Source of the DNA: Moniliella sp. 'wahieum'
Taxonomy: Eukaryota
Assembly: GCA_003971905.1 (NCBI GenBank)
Contig: RSEE01000152.1
Coordinates: 1-64,000 of the forward strand
Length of the DNA stretch: 64,000 bases
Direction: 5' to 3'
The notes beneath the pieces are model-generated. The model worked only from the letters and a program-made list of their open reading frames with translations, had not been told where the DNA came from and did not search any database. The translations under genes were made by a program, and so were the position numbers. This document shows positions 22,961 through 36,035 of the stretch, piece by piece. Position 1 is the stretch's first letter; each line of letters begins with the position of its first letter.

Positions 22961-23775
22961 GTGTGTAGTTTTGTGTCTCAGTGTGTGGTTGGTAGATGTG
23001 GATCGAGTGAGGCACTCACCGAATCTTGTGGTGGCGGCGCAGGGGTGACAAGGCGGCCATTTATTCACCGGTTTGGGCCGTAATAACGTGCCTAAAGCCT
23101 TCGGCCGTAGGAACAGGTCCAGCACTGAGCGGAGGATAAACGCTGCCAAAGCTGGGATTCGACAGGGACATGATTCGACGGGGCTGGAAGAGGGCACACG
23201 CGCCTTTACTGGGAGTCGGGGGTTGAGTCGACGCAGCCGAATAGGACCCACCTCCTTGCACGCCGTCGGAGTCATGCTCGGCGCGTACAGCAGCCAACCG
23301 CGGAATGTACGAGAGACATGCATCCCTTACGCAAATTGCCGCGCTCGGCTGAGAGTCTGACAGTCTGAGCCACAAGGCCGTCCAGTTGAGCAATAAGGTT
23401 GTCCCTTTTAGAGACGAGACGGCGCGGCGGACCCAGTGGAAAAAATTTGGACAGGGCTAAGTACTTGGTGTAGAATGAGCCGGGATAGGATCCAGGGCAG
23501 AAGTGAGTTCCTTGATGTGGCGGAGGCGCATTTCACACCTCGCTGTGAGTTCGTCCTAGTCAGCAGCGACGGAATCGCGTCCTGAGTTAAGGTGTCACGC
23601 TCACGCGGGAGAGGGAACCTCTCTCTGCAAGCAGCGCGTGTGGTGCAACAGCGAGGGAATCGCGCTCAGGCGTAAGCGAGCCGCGTTCACAGCGGATCAC
23701 CAAAAGACATCATTTATGTTTTGATAAAAAAGGTCAGAGCAGAGTAATTTGCCGTGGGTGAGACAATTCTGTCAG

Positions 23776-23960
23776 CGCGCTGCACGTCAGTGACGTCGCC
23801 GATGTCACCACCCTGAACGTCAGATATGTCCTCGATGTCATCCCCCTGCAGGTCAGTTAGTCCTCGATGTCATCCCTTGAACGTCGCCGACGTCACCCCC
23901 TTGAACATCAGAAACGTCGCCGACGTCACCCCCTTGAACGTCGAAACGTCGTTGACGTGC
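23776..23960 (+). repeat. Array of ACGTCGCCGA(T/C)GTCA-CCCCTTGAAC units resembling transposon subterminal repeats
   Basis: About 6 imperfect tandem units; a related array starts at 28944. Confidence 0.7.
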
Positions 23961-24140
23961 CCTTGGGCGACGATCTGACGAATTGATCCTCTATGCTCGC
24001 TCTCCTGGGTTACTATTGTATTACATTTATATACTACTCATTCTAGCACCATCGAATGCAGTGCAATCGTCTTCGAGGTACTTTTTTGCATTGCGATGGG
24101 TCAATATGGACTTGGGGGCTTGCCATTGAGAGGTTTGGAA

Positions 24141-25934
24141 TTATAGCCGCCAAATTACTTCAGTCTCAGAGTCGTCTGTGCGGTCGTCGTCCTCGCCATC
24201 TGTGCCCTCTGCGTCAAAGAGGTTGACTGCAGTGCCTTCGATGTCCCCTGCATCCTCTTCGTCTGTTATTTGTGCCCGGGTTACTGCGATGTGACGGAGG
24301 GGGTGATTTCTGCACGGGTCGCATGCCAGGCAGTACAAAATTCAGGTTACCTTGCGGAAGATGCGTGTCCGCAATGCCTCAAATTCTCCCATGCACTTGT
24401 CCAGCCCAGTAGATAGCTTGCGGGGCGAGATGTGTGAAAAAAGTCAGATGACCTGCTGGACGACAACGGGGTGGCGACGTACTTATGATCGGACGAAGAG
24501 ACAGTGATGGCACTGAATATGTCATCGCAGCGCCTGCCGCTGTTCAGATTCCGGTTGAGCAAGAGGATGCACAGGCAGATGGATCAGGGAAGTTGCGATG
24601 TTGTGAGACACGATCCATTTCCTCCGGAAGTCAATGTCGTTCGGTGCATAGCAACAGAAGCGCTTTTGATGAGAACGGGTGAGAGATAAGTTGTTGTGGC
24701 CATATTGCGAGGAGAGCAACGAGTGAAAAGGCGGGGCCAGTACGTACCAGGATTCGGATGCGCTCCTTGCGACAGTGAGCTCTTCCGGGGAGTGGCTGCG
24801 AAAGTAGACGGGAAACCTACGACGCACGAACTCAGCCTGATCTTCAATTGTGCGCGTTCCGTTTCCTTGATCGGTACGGTGCATGCTCTCCGGCAACTGG
24901 ACGATGTGTTATTTGTTAATAGATGGCTTCGGCGTTTGGGTTAACGCACCTCTTTCAAATAGCCTTTGTTGAGCGTTACCCGCCTCTGGATGAAGCGGTC
25001 TGTGTCCCTGTTCAACGCTGGTCTAGTCGGTTGATCTCGAGAGCGGTGGCCTCTAGACCACCATCATAATGTGCTTGTCTGGCGAACATACGACAGAAGT
25101 CGACCATTCGCTGGCCCTTCCAGGTGCCTTGAACAGGAGGCAAACCCACGAGTCGTTGATCAAGTATCGCCGTCAGACGCAAAAAGAACATATGTAAGTT
25201 TAGGTCAGTGAGAGTGCTTTTTGTGCGCATGAGGGGGCGGTGATACTGTGGTATATGATACCTGTGGTGATACTGACCCGCTCAACCGCGTTGTGTTTGC
25301 ACGTCGGCCGCATTGTCCGGGTTGCGGACTCGGTCATTAAGGTCATTGATGTCCGTGTCGTGACGTATCACAGTGCGTCTCAAGTCTCCAAAGTGGTCCA
25401 TCTCGTCGTGCTCGCGACGCAAGGCCAGATCGGAAATCAGATCCAACCTAGTTGATGTATCGTTCTGTTGTTGTTGGAGGGCGGCGGGGAATTCACTCCT
25501 GGTGGCGCGGACTTCACTCCTGGTGTATGGCGTTGACGTCGTTCCTAAGTTCAGCACGCAGACTTTGAAGCGCTTGCAGCCAGGGTTCCCCATCATGTTG
25601 GTCCATCCCGCACGCCCTCAGGGGCAAGGGGGTGATCTTGTGGATCGCTTGCGTCATTTTGATCGACAGCTTCCGGACCATTTGCCTGCGCGTCTTCATC
25701 GTCGTCTGTTGCTGTCTCAGGGACCGTCAGGATGAAGGCGGGGCGGCGAGTCCGGTTGGGGGCAGGCTCGTCCATGTCCGGTTCGTCCATTTCGGCTGCC
25801 TGGCGACCTCGCTTATTGTTCGCGGTACGGGTGTGGGTGGCACTGGCGATGTTGCTGCGTCCGCAAGAGGTGTTCACGTGAGCATTGCCTGGGTGGGCTG
25901 TTGCATTTACTCTGTTTGAACCGCGGCGAGCCAT
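24141..25934 (-). pseudogene. Orphan fragmented ORF inside the transposon island (acidic N-terminus, coiled coil, acidic C-terminus)
   Basis: Chain of minus-strand ORFs 25593-25934, 25282-25596, 25012-25230, 24522-24896 and 24141-24338 with protein-like composition; no family recognised. Confidence 0.45.
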
Positions 25935-26659
25935 GCTGGTGGGGTGTGCGAGGAAAGAGGCAGGACCAGGGGGGCTGGATGGCTCTTTTTGTCAAGTGTG
26001 GGCTACAGTATGGGGGTAGAGGAGATTGCGCCACTCACATGCGGGGGCTCCATACAACGCACTAGGAAAGTCCTTTTTGCCCCTGGCCGGAATTGGATAG
26101 CCAGGGTCCTAACTGAAGAACCACTGGGGCTGTTGCTGCAGGGAAAAAGCTGCGCCCACCATTCTCTGCACCAGGCAGTGTAAGGGTGGGCGCTGCCAGG
26201 GGGCCCGGGGGGTGGTTAAGTGGTACAATCCATGGGAGATCCTATAAGGTGACTCACGATAGTTACACGCTTGGGCTGATTGGTGCCAGGGTCTGAGCGG
26301 GGCTAGGGACAAGGAGATGCCTCTGGGCGTATAGCAGAGGCGGGGCTGCAAGTGTGGCAAGGCTGTGCAGCATAGAGAAAGAACGGGGGACTGGGCAAAA
26401 CAAGGAGGGCGGTTGCCGCAGGGGCAACCTACGTAGCAAGGTATAATGCAAAAGGATACCGGGAGACTATCGTTTCCAGATTGAATCTGACCCCATGACC
26501 AACCTGGGGATGGGGTTACTAGTAAGACGAAAGGCGCGCGTAGGCTCCGCCGGACTTCAATCTACGCCCGGCGTGACATATGTGTAACATGTGTTGACAG
26601 GTGTAGGCAACTGTCGCTGGATGATCGATGATCGGCGAATAAGGTTGCGTACTCAGTTG

Positions 26660-28437
26660 AGTGTTTGGCCAGATCGAAGCAATCAGGCCAACAGTGAAAG
26701 TCGATTGGCACATTCTCATAACGCTCGCAGTGGGTAACCTGACATTGAATGTATCGGCACCGACGTACTGGTGCCCTCACTCCTCCAACTCCTGCTCCAG
26801 CTATATTTGGCTGGAAGCATGTCCAGCATTGTCAGGGATTATTGGATGTGCACCGGATGTGGTCGATGCCCGTACTCGGCTTTTCGACACAGGGACGCCC
26901 GACGTCACCAAGATCACACCGGGCACACCGGGTCGCGTCCAATAACCAAGCTGCAACACCGGACACTAATGCAGCAGGCATCATTCGTGCACCATGCGCC
27001 CCGGCGCGCAAGTACGATCTCAGCTGGTTCTAACCGGCGAGCGCTGGCCACCATCTCTACCGGTCCACATCTGACATTAATATACCAGACGTGACCTCCC
27101 CTGAATTGCACCTTCAGCCCTTCTCTGGATGGCCCCCTGGGTCTCCCACGCAAAATGGCGATGTGGAAGACGCTTTTGGATGGAGGACATGGCTGAAACG
27201 TGCATTGCTCACAGTCGGCTGGCCCGCCTACCGAACGCGAAGCGACAGCGGATCCTCAGTCCGGATCCAAGCCAGAGCGGCGATCAACTCGGCGCGCACA
27301 CAAGTCTGATGCCTCACAAGACGCACTCCTTTGCAGTCTCCATCTCTGTATTTTGAGGATCTGTCGGAAACAATAATACGTCACCACGGCCCGATTGATA
27401 GCAATATGTTCGCACCCTTTACGAATCCGTTCATTGCCGTCATCAACATCACCCAGTTATGGTTACCAAAAGGTCTATGCGGCGAGAGCTCGCCGAACTG
27501 GTCCTGTCACTGATGAGATTAGCTATTGCTGCGTCGCCACCTTAGCCACCGTTCCACGCTGGAACCATTCCACGCTGGAGTGGGAAAATAATATCTTTTC
27601 ACCGTTCCCACGTTGACTATTTGTGATGTCTCAGATGATCTCCACCCGCAAGATGGGGTGGATGGATTAACGCGAATCCCACTTCACCATCCGGCTCGCG
27701 ATGTGTTGCCAAGCGAGACGACTGTGCTCTAACTATACAAGCGCGTATGTTGGCACGGTCACCTTTATCTCTAGCCGGTCACCTTTATCGCGGGAGCTAC
27801 TGGGCATCGGTACTTCCCTGGGCCTCTGCTGGCGCGACGCGACGTGACTCTGCACATCGCCTTTATTATTTGCCAGACGGCCAGCTGATGAGCGGAGACT
27901 TCCAATGACAATCTTCCGGGACATTGGGACAGATCGCACACGCAACACCGCGTTCATTAAGCAAAAGGTGGAGTTTTGCGTCAAGGAACAGTTGAAGGGC
28001 ATGCCGGTCCGCAAAAGTAAAACCTGTCGTTAGCCGTATTCATTGTCGAACTGGTGTCGTTCGCTATGGTCCGTTCGACGGGGTCAGGGTCATTCTGTGA
28101 CCACCGACAATTGATCTGGTCCAATGAATATCAGGCCGAGTCGGAACACTGCGATGAAGGACGTATATACTACACGGACCAGTGGGGCCCAAACTCCGGT
28201 CTCATCCAACACCTTACTGTTGTCGGAACCAACGTGGAATGGGTCATACGGTTGGCTCACGAGCACACAGACCTGATGGAACAAGAAGAAGAGATGGTGA
28301 AGAAGTGTCAAGTCCGCGTATACGACAGCCTAACCTCTTCTTGGAGACAGTCTCGCTTGACGGATTTCGGTTTCAGACCCGTCTCTCAAACGCGCCTGTC
28401 CGACTATGGATTTATCAGGACGAACGACTCTCGATGA
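26660..28437 (+). pseudogene. Decayed orphan ORF ending in two PIP-box-like motifs
   Basis: Successive plus-strand fragments; the last (28054-28437) ends QSRLTDFGF..QTRLSDYGF. Confidence 0.35.
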
Positions 28438-28943
28438 TCTCGTCGGTTTGCTCGGAGAACCCAACAGACTTTTCATGACTTTCGTTTGCGGGGTCAAAGC
28501 AATGTGAAGGACCAACAAAAGCCTATCTTCAGCGGGGCTGCACCAGTCGTCCCTGCCTGCCCTGTACTCAAGCAGAACTAGCCGCAGGATGGACGCCTGA
28601 TGAGCCAAACCCCTATCAGTGGGCACAATGTTGTCCTGCATGGCCTGCCTTTTGGTCCACATGAAATGAGCTTCCATTTACCTGACGACTAGACCTTGGC
28701 CACACCAATTGCCGATGTTCCCCTGGCTAATCTGAAGACGCATGTCCCCGTAGAGCACACCCTTCCGTGCGACGCGAAATCGAATCCCTGCCGTTGGCCA
28801 GCTACCGTGAGCGCGTATAGGAAGGACGCGTGTTGACTAGGTGGTTCTGATGGTAGCATTTGCTAGGAGAGACACGAAATGGTGTGGCCGGGTGCGATTT
28901 TGAAACGATGCAAAGTTTCACATGTAGCCGGCAGTTGGCCCCC

Positions 28944-29090
28944 CGCGCTGCACATCATTGATATCAACGACCTCTTTTGCCGTCGCTGACATCAACGACC
29001 TCTTTTTCGACGTCGCTGACATCATTTTCCTCAAAACCATGCAAACGTCGCCGATGTCAGCTCCCTGACATCGCTGATATCTTTTACCTC
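28944..29090 (+). repeat. Second subterminal-like array (CGTCGCTGACATCA units)
   Basis: Begins CGCGCTGCAC like the 23776 array and contains ACGTCGCCGATGTCA. Confidence 0.65.
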
Positions 29091-29399
29091 TTTTTGAAAT
29101 CCGCTGTGTTCCCAGGGTAGTAGCACACAAGGGCACATGGGCATGGCGTTTTCTGCTTGAAGGGTAACAATGAGGCTGGGAGGAACAGGATGAGTGCAAT
29201 CGAGACCTCGTCCGACGGCGGGGGCGGCATCCGGCCCGATTGATGCAGGGATGGGCTGGATAAGAGGGACATATTGTAGTTAATAGCTGAGAGGGTTAAG
29301 GCAAAGTTTATAAGAACTTCGAGTTTGGGAAGATGCCGCTCTCGTCAACTCAACCATGCTGTATCTCGATCAATGCAACGTGGCTGTATCAAACCATTG

Positions 29400-31990
29400 T
29401 GAGCATTCTACGCCTTTTCAACTTTTATTTCCTTTGACCTCACCGATATCTGCATGCACAACTTCAGTTTTGATTTGGCCCCTGCGTTTCCCTTCCCTGT
29501 GTAGCCTTAATCAGTTGGCCAACTTGCGCAACTCGATGATTATGTCGTTAAAGTGCAGCCTGCTTCCCCGTCCTAATCATGTTGCCCACACGGGCATTCT
29601 CACCATAAGCATCCAGCTCTTAGGATTAATTTCATCTCCGTACGGTTAGGATATACATGCTGTAGGCTGTATGGTCCCACATACTTCCCTATCGTGACAA
29701 CCAGCCCGCTAGTCCAGTAGGCATATATCGTGTATCGAATGGGTAGGTTAGTCTTAATAACCAAACCAGCCTTTCCCATGAGAAAAAATGCAAAATGGGA
29801 CTTACGGAGGGTCCTGAGGACAGAGCAAGCTTCTATGCGTGCGCCTTGGCACCCATCATGTAGCTGGAAATGCTTCAGCTGCATTCACCGTGATCGATTA
29901 ATCATTTGGATACCATGGTTTAGACAAATTCGCCCGAAACCGTATGTCCGCTGGGCATATCAGAAAGCATAAATTCAGTAGCACACACACAAAGCATGGC
30001 TTACGGGCTGAAAGACACGGTCCTCCCTAAGTATCCCATTGAGTTGATATCGTGAAGGGCTTGATAACTCATTTAAGGTATGATACCCGTTTAGGGTTTT
30101 CTGACGAGGCTTCCCAATTCTTTGTTGACTTCGCCTCGCACGAGTGGTTTGATACCGATGTCCTGGTCTATAGGTGAGATTTGGCTACTCATGGAATGGC
30201 ATTACAATGCCGGTCGTGACCCGAAGTGTCTAGGTCCAACCTTTCATACTTTTGTTCGGGTTGTCATGATCAGGACTCGACATCGGTGGCAGCCTCATAC
30301 CGGAGCACATCATCGATAGTCACTAGGCACATAGCCTAGGTAATTGATGGATCCCAAAGGGGCTAATGAATTGATCATAACCATTATCCCGACTACGTCG
30401 CGTTATACCTAGTTTGGGAGGGTCACATTCTTCAGCTGAGCATTTGCGATCGCATATATTGTGCAATTCATGAATTTGGTACTGAACGCATGCGCTAGAC
30501 TAACATTTCAATAAATCAATTCCGATAATTGATTGCCGTGAGTTAAGAAATGACTACGGAAGTTGTGGCTGCTTTCGAGAGAATGGCTGAGCCATGGCAA
30601 TTCTAATCGAGTGCGATACTTACGGTAAAGGTTTCCCATAGTTTTTACAACGATGTGGGAGCCCATGCAGTATTTTTATTCTCCTGATTTTCATCGGTCA
30701 CAGATGTCGCGGGTCATATTTCTGGCCTAAGCTCAACTCGGAGACCATATGGTTGCGTAACCACTGCCATTTCTGCTGCCAAATCAAAAGAGATGCGATC
30801 AATGGTGTGTGGAAATCGAACTGGCCCACAAAAAAGAAATGACGGAATGCCGTTAACGGGATGTGTAGCATGCTGTTGTAACGAAAATCATGGGAGATGT
30901 ATTGATGAGCAACGCGGCAGCTCCAAGAAGGTAAGTAATCGGGATATTGATATGCAAACGTCGCTCTTCGATCAATATATCAATCAAATGAAGTACGATC
31001 CATAAATCCCAAATCAACTAGGCAAGCCGCTTAGTCCAACAATGTTTGGTTACCGAAGGTCTTGCGTATTCTCGCGGAAATGGGCCTTGAATTTTTATAT
31101 TGTTACACAGGTGCGATCTTCATCAGTTCAGCATGCAAAAACTCAAGATCACGGGCGAAATGAGAGAAAATGTGGAGGGGGAAATATGGATACTTGGCAT
31201 TCAGCCCCTGCTAATCCTAACGACCGATCGCGATGGTTAAGCTGCATCGGTTGAGAGACGACCAAATAGGGCCGTTGGTTCAGTTACCTCCGACTTTACA
31301 TGAAGATGAACACAGTACAGGGCCACGAAGATCAAACCCCTTGACGTCCGAGGGGCCTTCTTATACGCCTGTATGACAGCTTCTTAGCAGCAAAACCGTC
31401 ATATGGGAAACATGACAGTATACGTTTTAGGACCGCGCGGACTCTGAGTCATGTGAATCAATTTTTCCATTGTGACCAGCTCGCACCAGTCTTCAGGACG
31501 ATTCAGTTGCAGAACCTGAATATCAGTGCTCACACTGGGTAGTGTTAGCACGGCCGTCATATGATTTGTACCGTGATAGTAGCGTCTTATAAATTGCCGG
31601 CCATGGAACCATCTTTACGGGGTTCCTGGGCGCAAAACCTATACAGTAGTGCCAGTCGATCCTCAACTTGGTTCCCTTGTCTGGGTTAAGGTCAGGAGGA
31701 TACCCCCCACATTCGTAATGGACTCCTGTCTTGGGGAAGAACGATTAATTCCATCAGCAGGCGGATCGCCGACATGAGCGTGTTAAGTAACACCGAGGGG
31801 CCCAAGATCCATTTCTCACATTGGGAAAGACAAGCATTTATTCTACTATCACCGGACGATCGAGTCAGAGACAGTGACACTTTGAAAATCTTGGTTCATC
31901 ACCCAGATGCCCATCACCTTCAATCATGACGTATTCGTCTGTGTCTGTTGTTTTGCATACCGTACTACGATGGTATCGGCGCTCTTGTCA
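29400..31990 (-). mobile_element. Heavily degenerate Ty1/copia pol relic (integrase, RT, RNase H order)
   Basis: Minus strand: integrase-like ...SPLRMWG near 31.7 kb; RT-like KYRTRL (cf. KYKARL) near 30.6 kb and CLVTIDDVL (YVDD position) near 30.3 kb; RNase H-like SGLVVTIG...LQHV...TEMKL near 29.7 kb. The order is that of copia; riddled with stops. Confidence 0.6.
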
Positions 31991-34900
31991 GCATCCCGGT
32001 GTTTGCGATCAGAACGGATATGCTACGGATGGGCGCCCCCAGGGAGATATGTACGGATGGGCGCCCCAGGGAGCCCGCCTACTAGGGGGGTGGGGGTTAG
32101 AGGCTTACCCACTCCCCGGGATTTACGTGGTGGTGCAGCGTCCGAGCGAAGCTCCTAGAGACATGGGTGGCCCTGTCTGAGTATAGAAGAGTCAGTGAAG
32201 TTGTGCCAAAGCTGCGTAGACCGGCTTGGACGGTACTTGTGTGCCTAAAGCCTTCGGGACTCAGGGGGTGGCAAGTGGCAGCGGAGGAGAAACACTGCCG
32301 AGCTGGAGCTGGGATCTGGAGGTAACGTGGCTGAAAGGTGAAGCCACGCGCGGATGGATTTGGTTTCGACGTAGTAAGAGGGCAGACGCGAAGGCTTCCA
32401 CACTATGGACTGCGGGGGAAAAACCCAGATCAGATCCGATGACCACAATAACCGGGGGTGGGGGGGTAGTAAGGCGAAGGGAGCCGTAGGCCCCGCCAGG
32501 CTTGCCAGCCCGTCTTCGCCCGTGATAGAGGATCTGCTCAGCCATGCAGTTACTCGACGAGCCACTGCTTTTACCCAGAACGTGGAAAATTGCTAGAGAA
32601 AAAGTCCATAGCAGCGTTGAATAGTAAGCATTCAGTTAGCGGACCTTTGTCTTCCTATATATAAAAACTCTCCATACTAAGAACACTTTGGATGCAAGAC
32701 TAATCATGTGTTCTATGCTTCTTCCCTTTCAAATGTATCACATCACCAAAGGACTCAATTGCTGGACTTCCTCTAAACCAGCAGAGGGATGATGACCCGG
32801 AGGTGAGAAGGTCCCTTTCCCGTGGCCTACTCGTTTGTTCCCTCTGCCCAAACGGTACCGAAGTTCCCTCTTCTGGGCCCCAAACCAAAATTGTCTCCGG
32901 GCCGTCGGGGAAGGCAAAATTGTCCCAAAAGTACACTGAGAGCTGAGAAGACAACGTTAGAGACTCGGCTAGCCACTAAGCACGTTTTGGCCGTGAACAT
33001 ATACAGACTATTTACAATAGGTTGGGCACATTGGGGCACGTTATGAACACACAGTTGTGCTCACGATCAGGAGGTATCCGCAAGGAGAGAGATGCTCTAG
33101 TTCATCCTCACGGTCTCCTCCTATACCATGCTGCAACGATTGAGCTGCATAATGGGACTGAATTTGATACTCATTTGAATCTGATTTCCACCCCCGCCTA
33201 TTCCACATGAACATATCAGAAGAGAAAGGAGCAGCACCTGCAAGTGTGGACAACACTTCCTCCTAGGTGAAGAGTAGCTTTATGAGCATGCTATCAATTG
33301 AAATAGTCATAGTTGTTTACAGATGGTTTAGATAGTCTAAGGCTCCACCATCCCCCCGCCCTGGTGCCAGATCTGATCTTCACACAAAGGAAAACGCCAA
33401 GAAAGTGTTCGTTATGGCACCACCATGGGATGCCCTTTCTTGAAGCTTCAGTTTTGTGCTGCTATGCTGTGGTCCCCATATATATATGGATTTCCCACGA
33501 ATACCATACCATTATTGATCGTTACAAGTCCAGTCACGTGCGTTTAAGGCACCTCTACATTGAAGTTGAGGCAAGACTCCGCCATGACCTCATCCAGCTC
33601 GTAGAATGAGCGGCGACGCCCGAGTCCTTTCCATCAAGAATGATAGCGACGTTAAGGGGCACTCTTAGTATTCCTATCTCAAAGCTCAAGCGAGGAGTCA
33701 GAGTTGGGTGGGGTCACCGGCATAGATACCCCGTCCAATAGAAGAAATGTGGAACAATGTGGAGGGGGTAATGACGAGGGTGTAGCATGATGAGATCTGG
33801 AGTCAAGATGGTCCTCGAAGGTGATGCAATCGCACTGGTGATGGTAGTGGTCTAAGCCAACCATCAACGCCTACAGAGGAACATCAAACAGCGAGTCGCC
33901 ACCAGGGGCTAAGCTGCGAAACAAGGAAAAAACATGAGAGAGAAAAACATCGGAACTCCCAGAGCCTGAGGAGGAACTGAAGGGACATTGGCCAAAGCAC
34001 GAGCCACCGATGGCTTAAACACAGCAGAGTAGTAGGGTGTTGAAGGCGCTTATGAAATCCACAACAGTTATATGTCGAGTATTATGTTGGTCAAGCACAC
34101 TGGGCGCCAGAATCTGGATCATCTGGCAGTGATTTCCTCGCCGCTGTCACACTCTAGCTCCCATATGTCTCTGCCATAGGCCGAGAGGCCACTCCTTGTC
34201 GTAGCTTCGCATTTCTGATCCACTAACCGGCTCAAGCAAAAGTAAATACGTGGCCACCCACGGTAATACTCCAGATCAGATTGTACTCCTAAACTCTAAA
34301 ACCGGGTTAGCGGGACCCGCCCGTAACACTCGCTGCGCCCTTCTCATTTGCCATTTCCCACTCACCTCATCGACCTCATCGACGCGCCCCTCTACTCATG
34401 CGCGTCAGCCGTACACAAAAGTCACATTATTAACCGCACCCACCTTCCGCGGTTGCGGTCTCTGCGCGGTGCCCGACAATGCACTCAAAGCATAGTACCA
34501 GCGGCTCCAGATGCGAGTCTCCATATGTTCTTCTTGTAGGTAGAGCCCGATTAGTACACCCTGAGAAATTGAGAAGTGAATTTCTACCGTTGTGGTTTGT
34601 GTTCGACCATGCTAGTAATATGGGATCTGAGGCACAAGACTTCAGCGTTCGCGCGACCCATTGGGTGTATACTCTCTCTGACCCACTTGAAGACATATAT
34701 GTCTAGACGGTTAAGGGCGAGGCGAGTGGCGTCAGGGAAGCATTGGCCACTGCTGGTGCCTACCATTCGTGACCCTAATAGCTAGGCACTGTATGTACAC
34801 ACAGCAGTGAACTCTTCTGTCCTGTCGGCTATATTATAGCTCGCTGTGCTCCTCTATTTTTTTGTCGGCATTATGAAAGTAAAAGAGAAGTATGCTGGTG

Positions 34901-36035
34901 TGAGGGGGGGAGAACAAAAAGGTCTATTAGCATAGCCTCTATATGTGGGAAAGCTAGCGCAGTGATGTTTTTAATGGACGACGGCCTGCTTAGGTGAGTG
35001 ACGCAGGTTGCATGTGGTCGTGTGCTCCAATTTGTGACGGGTATACTTATAGCCTAGAGACGATATTTAAGCTGGGCAAAAAGAGGTGAAGCCGGTGACG
35101 CTGTCCCGGTCATGAATCCATGGACCCAGATAACTTTACACGAGAGGCTATGCATTTGAGTCGCAATTGACACTAATCAAAGAAACAGGGGTGGAATCAC
35201 TGTTAACACTATTCACTCCTTGCAAAGAGATTGACATTTTCAGGGGCGATGGTGCCATGCAGTGTGGTAGAGTCCGACGTGGGAAACGCCGCGATCCTAT
35301 GGATCACAGGTGCAACGCAGGCTTCAGATAAGGAGTAGTGAAGGCAACGTTCATGCAATGAGGGAAACAAAAAATCCTTGATGAGTACGTGACCCAACAT
35401 CCCGTTTTAGCAATGGCGGACAAAGGGGAACGAAGGGAGAAGACTGCGGGTGTGTGGGGAGGCGTCGGGGGAAGATTAAAGACGAAGCGGTTGTGAGAGG
35501 AAAGAAAGCCCAGCAAGAAAAGAAGGTTGGAGATGCGAGTTGTCAAAAAACCTGTCCAGCCGTCCAGGAAGGATTTGCTAACCCTAACACCATCGGCATA
35601 GGCCGCTATCAGATTGCTTTGGACCCCACGGACATGCCGCGACCAGCAATTGACCAGACGACGAGGAGGGAGGGAGGTGCGACGGGAGGTCCCTAGGAAA
35701 ACGGGAGAAAAGAGACTGGGGAGAGAGAAGGCGGTGCTGGCCAACTAGGACATCCGCAGCGTGCGCTGCCACTTAGACAGCCTTTCCGGCCTACCATCCG
35801 ACAGGCTCGGCAGCGGCGAAGGATGGGCAGCAACCCCACAAGCGCACACCGATAAACTCTTCGATAACCGATCGCCCCCAGAACCCTCGAAGCTTCAAGT
35901 TTCAAGTGCCAAGCTTCAAACGCAGTCACCGTCCAGGGCTCACGCGCTCACGCTTCAAGTGGCGCCGCCACGCCGCATCCGCCCACCCCCACCACCACCT
36001 TCTCTTCCCCACCGCCCTCCGCCACCTGCCCCACC

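Noticed and set aside
24320..24400. RING finger in the orphan island ORF (CGH...CDPCR)
   Set aside because: Cys/His residues fall in different frames and the spacing does not fit C3HC4.
34100..34110. TGGCGCCCA on the minus strand as a tRNA primer-binding site for the copia relic
   Set aside because: Position is plausible, but no adjacent LTR ending in CA and no matching second LTR could be identified.
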